Below, in pieces: positions 45,609 through 48,250 of a stretch of 48,250 nucleotides of DNA. The notes beneath the pieces are model-generated. The model saw only the letters and a program-made list of their open reading frames with translations. It searched no databases and had not been told where the DNA came from. The position numbers were made by a program, and so were the translations under genes. Numbering within the stretch: the stretch's first letter is position 1; every line of letters starts with the position of its first letter. The DNA comes from Pseudomonadota bacterium (lineage in GTDB: Bacteria; Myxococcota_A; Polyangia; Polyangiales; DASUME01): the NCBI GenBank assembly GCA_041179425.1, contig JBEGTL010000003.1, positions 1 to 48,250 on the forward strand, given 5' to 3'.

Positions 45609-48249
45609 CTGCGGCCTCCATGGTGGTGCGCCCTCTTGGCCCATCCGTCGCCGCGCTCATCGCATGTTCGCGGTCAGGCGTGAGCACGCGCCGGAGCACG
45701 TCCGCCACGAGCTCCGGCTCGGAGTGCACGAAGTAGTGGCCACGGTCTAGGAAAGTCACGCTCCGAGAGTCTCGAAAGTAGCGCTGCCAGTGCGAGACAC
45801 GCTGCTCCCAGCCTGCTGTGAGAGGGTCTGCGGAACCGAACAGGCAGACTAGCGGGGTCGCCAGTGGCCGGGGAGCAGCTAGCTCGCGAAAGTGCTCGAA
45901 GAGCTCACCGAGCCGCACGCCATCCTCGTGCATGTTGGCGGCGGCTTCGAGTGCGTCGGCCTCGGTGGCGATCTCAGGCAGTCCGCCGAGTGACCTCATG
46001 AAAGTCGCAAGGTCCCCCCCGCCCGCCATGGTGCCGAGCGCCGCGTCGGAGATGGTGACGCCCTCGAGCGGTGGCAGGAACGCTGCCGCAAACACGCATG
46101 CCGCAGGACGCCCCTCCAGTTCGAGCCGCCGCGCGAGCTCCACAGCCACCGACGAGCCTCCACAATGCCCGTAGATGTAGAGCGGGCTCTGGACGTGCAT
46201 CAGCTCGGCGAGGACTTTCTCGAGCATGCGTTCGCGCTCACGCACGTTGCGCAGCGGAGGCACGACCAGCACCTCGAAGTCCTCCGGTAGCTCGGCAGCC
46301 AGCGGCTTGAATGCGAGCTCGGTCCCGCCAGCGTAAGGCACGCAAACCAAGGTATGTCTCGCCGTCGCAGGAGACTTGAGGGCGAACATCTCGACACCTT
46401 CGTCGCTTGCGTCGACGAGCTTCACGAACCGCTCGATCGACGGGCTGCCGAGCAGCGACTTGACAGTCGTACGGAGTCCAAGCCGATCGCGGCACAGTTG
46501 AACCAGTCGCATAGCAAGCAGCGAGTCTCCACCAAGCTCGAAGAAGTCATCGCGTACGCCGATCGGGGAGACGCCCAGCAACTCTTCCCAGATCTCAACC
46601 AGCTGGCTCTCGACGGGCAGCTGCGGCCCACGGTACGCGCTGGTCAGGTCAGGACGCGTGGTCTTTTCCCGTCGCGTCGCGAGGCTCTTTTCGAAGCGGG
46701 TGACGTGCCGCTCGATCGGCAGTGCGCACGCGACTACATTCGGCACGGCACGAAGGGCAAGCGCACGCTCGAAGATCACGAGCAAGTCGCGACCGCGCAG
46801 CACACCCTCGGACAGTAGACGCTGTAGAGCGCCCTTGCGCTCGCGCGGGTCGGCGCGCCCGTCCTCGGCCGCCTGCGGACGGTAGTAGTCAAGGGCGACG
46901 CTGACCCAGCGTGTCCCGTGCTCGCCGTCGAAGCGATGAGCCATCACGTCCAGTGCGCGATTGGACGACGCGTAGCCGAAGTTGCCGAGCCCGCCGAACT
47001 CCGATGAGACCGACGACGCCAGACAGCAGAAGCCCACGGCGTGGCGCGCGGTGAGCGCGGCCAGCACCTGTGCACCGCGGAGCTTGGGGCCAGAGTTCGC
47101 GTCCGCAGTGCTGGGCGTCGCATCGTGCAGCATGCCGAAGGTCCGCTCCTCGAAGGTGGCCGCGAGGTGAAAGACGCCATCGACCGCGCCCCAGGTGTCC
47201 TCGAGCCGCGCGAACAACGCAGACATCTGCTCCGAACAGCTGACGTCGGCGCGCACTAGCTCGAGCTCAGCACCGCGCTCCTCCAGCTTGAGCAGCGTAC
47301 TGACGATTTGCGCGATGCTGGCCACCTCGGCGGTGTCCGACGCGAGCTCGCCAAAGCGCGCTCTGGGCGGAAGCTCGGTTCTGTGGACGAGCGCAACGCG
47401 CGCTCCGTATTCGCTCACCAAGTGCTCAGCGAGCGACAGACCCATACGCCCGAGCCCACCTGTGATCACGTAGCGCCCTTTCGAACGCAGAGCCGCCGGC
47501 TCGGCCGCCGGTGCGATGCGCCGATACTCTCGCTGCCAACGTCGGCCGTGCCGGAAGGCGACGGGCTGGAAGTCAGCCTCGCGCGCGAGTTCGTCCGCGA
47601 TGGCCGCGGCGCTTCGAGCGGCTGCGAGCGGGCAGTCCGAGCGATCTACGTCGAGCCAGCGCGCACGCAAGTTGGGCAGCTCGCGCGGCAACACCAGAAC
47701 CGCAGTCGCGGTGCAGGCGAGGTCCGCTGCGATGCGTTCCACGCCCAGCACGGGCTGCGCGTGCGCGGTGATGTACACCCACTCGATCGCGGCCTGACAA
47801 CCGGAGCCGGTGAGGCCTTGCGCCAGCGCCGCGGGCTCCGCCAGCACTCCGTCAAGCGCCTGCGCAGGCTCGTTCGCGCGGCTACCGGCCTGACAGCGAA
47901 GCAGCGTCACCGGGCCCGAAGAGACCGCGGCCAGCCTGCGAAACAAGGCTTCGATGTGATCGTTTCGAGTCGGGTCGAGCGAGCTCTCGGTGGGCTCGCG
48001 ATCGGCGCTGCGAACACAGCGCAGCTCGAGCAACTGCACGTCCTCGCGCCGGGCAAGCGCGGCTAGCTCACGGCACAGATCACACCCATCCGAGAGCAGA
48101 GCCCAGGACCTGTGGCCCTCGCGCGGCAAGCTCGCGGGCAGCGGGCTCTGCACCCAGGTCGGCCGATAGAGGTAAGGTCCGTGCGCAACGGGCTCTGTCT
48201 GCGCCCGAGGCAGCTCGGGCACGACAGCGTCCCTGCGCGTAGACCCGTC
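45595..48249 (-). CDS. Type I PKS terminal module, partial: KR-ACP-TE
   Basis: LYRPTW KR start, ITGGLGRMG, PK, SS, YASSN; carrier FFELGGDSL; TE PYAGG, GHCGG, GHYF; frame open to the window end. Confidence 0.93.
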   Translation of the reverse strand, partial: DGSTRRDAVVPELPRAQTEPVAHGPYLYRPTWVQSPLPASLPREGHRSWALLSDGCDLCRELAALARREDVQLLELRCVRSADREPTESSLDPTRNDHIEALFRRLAAVSSGPVTLLRCQAGSRANEPAQALDGVLAEPAALAQGLTGSGCQAAIEWVYITAHAQPVLGVERIAADLACTATAVLVLPRELPNLRARWLDVDRSDCPLAAARSAAAIADELAREADFQPVAFRHGRRWQREYRRIAPAAEPAALRSKGRYVITGGLGRMGLSLAEHLVSEYGARVALVHRTELPPRARFGELASDTAEVASIAQIVSTLLKLEERGAELELVRADVSCSEQMSALFARLEDTWGAVDGVFHLAATFEERTFGMLHDATPSTADANSGPKLRGAQVLAALTARHAVGFCCLASSVSSEFGGLGNFGYASSNRALDVMAHRFDGEHGTRWVSVALDYYRPQAAEDGRADPRERKGALQRLLSEGVLRGRDLLVIFERALALRAVPNVVACALPIERHVTRFEKSLATRREKTTRPDLTSAYRGPQLPVESQLVEIWEELLGVSPIGVRDDFFELGGDSLLAMRLVQLCRDRLGLRTTVKSLLGSPSIERFVKLVDASDEGVEMFALKSPATARHTLVCVPYAGGTELAFKPLAAELPEDFEVLVVPPLRNVRERERMLEKVLAELMHVQSPLYIYGHCGGSSVAVELARRLELEGRPAACVFAAAFLPPLEGVTISDAALGTMAGGGDLATFMRSLGGLPEIATEADALEAAANMHEDGVRLGELFEHFRELAAPRPLATPLVCLFGSADPLTAGWEQRVSHWQRYFRDSRSVTFLDRGHYFVHSEPELVADVLRRVLTPDREHAMSAATDGPRGRTTMEAADDSH

Positions 48250-48250
48250 G

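Overview
High-GC window of myxobacterial character (Myxococcota, probably Polyangia), inferred from a MYXO-CTERM protein, PEGA/TPR-lipoprotein pairs, a kinase-AAA fusion, VWA and LamG lipoproteins and many Asp-Ala-Gly linkers. It is accessory-type DNA rich in lipid/sterol-modifying enzymes (Rieske KshA/Neverland-like oxygenase, steroid 5-alpha-reductase, DFR/3-beta-HSD-like enzyme, cholesterol oxidase, sphingolipid C9-methyltransferase-like CFA enzyme, CDP-alcohol phosphotransferase, desaturase), exported hydrolases, cynS, MscS, LysR/SDR and ECF/anti-sigma modules. The right end (40.2-48.25 kb, minus strand) is the 3' part of a type I PKS operon: KR-ACP-TE with a Cys nucleophile (GHCGG), a divergent crotonyl-CoA carboxylase/reductase-like MDR, a free ACP, a tandem acyl-CoA dehydrogenase and a FAAL. 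This is the best candidate for an undescribed system: a possible ACP-bound alkylmalonyl supply with possible beta-lactone-type release. Caveat: about ten points where genes break abruptly into unrelated fragments, plus an in-frame TAG and a (CTAG)4 six-frame stop, suggest a mosaic/chimeric assembly or heavy deletion, so long-range synteny needs read validation. No rRNA, tRNA or CRISPR array was seen. All family assignments are by-eye motif recognition, not database searches.
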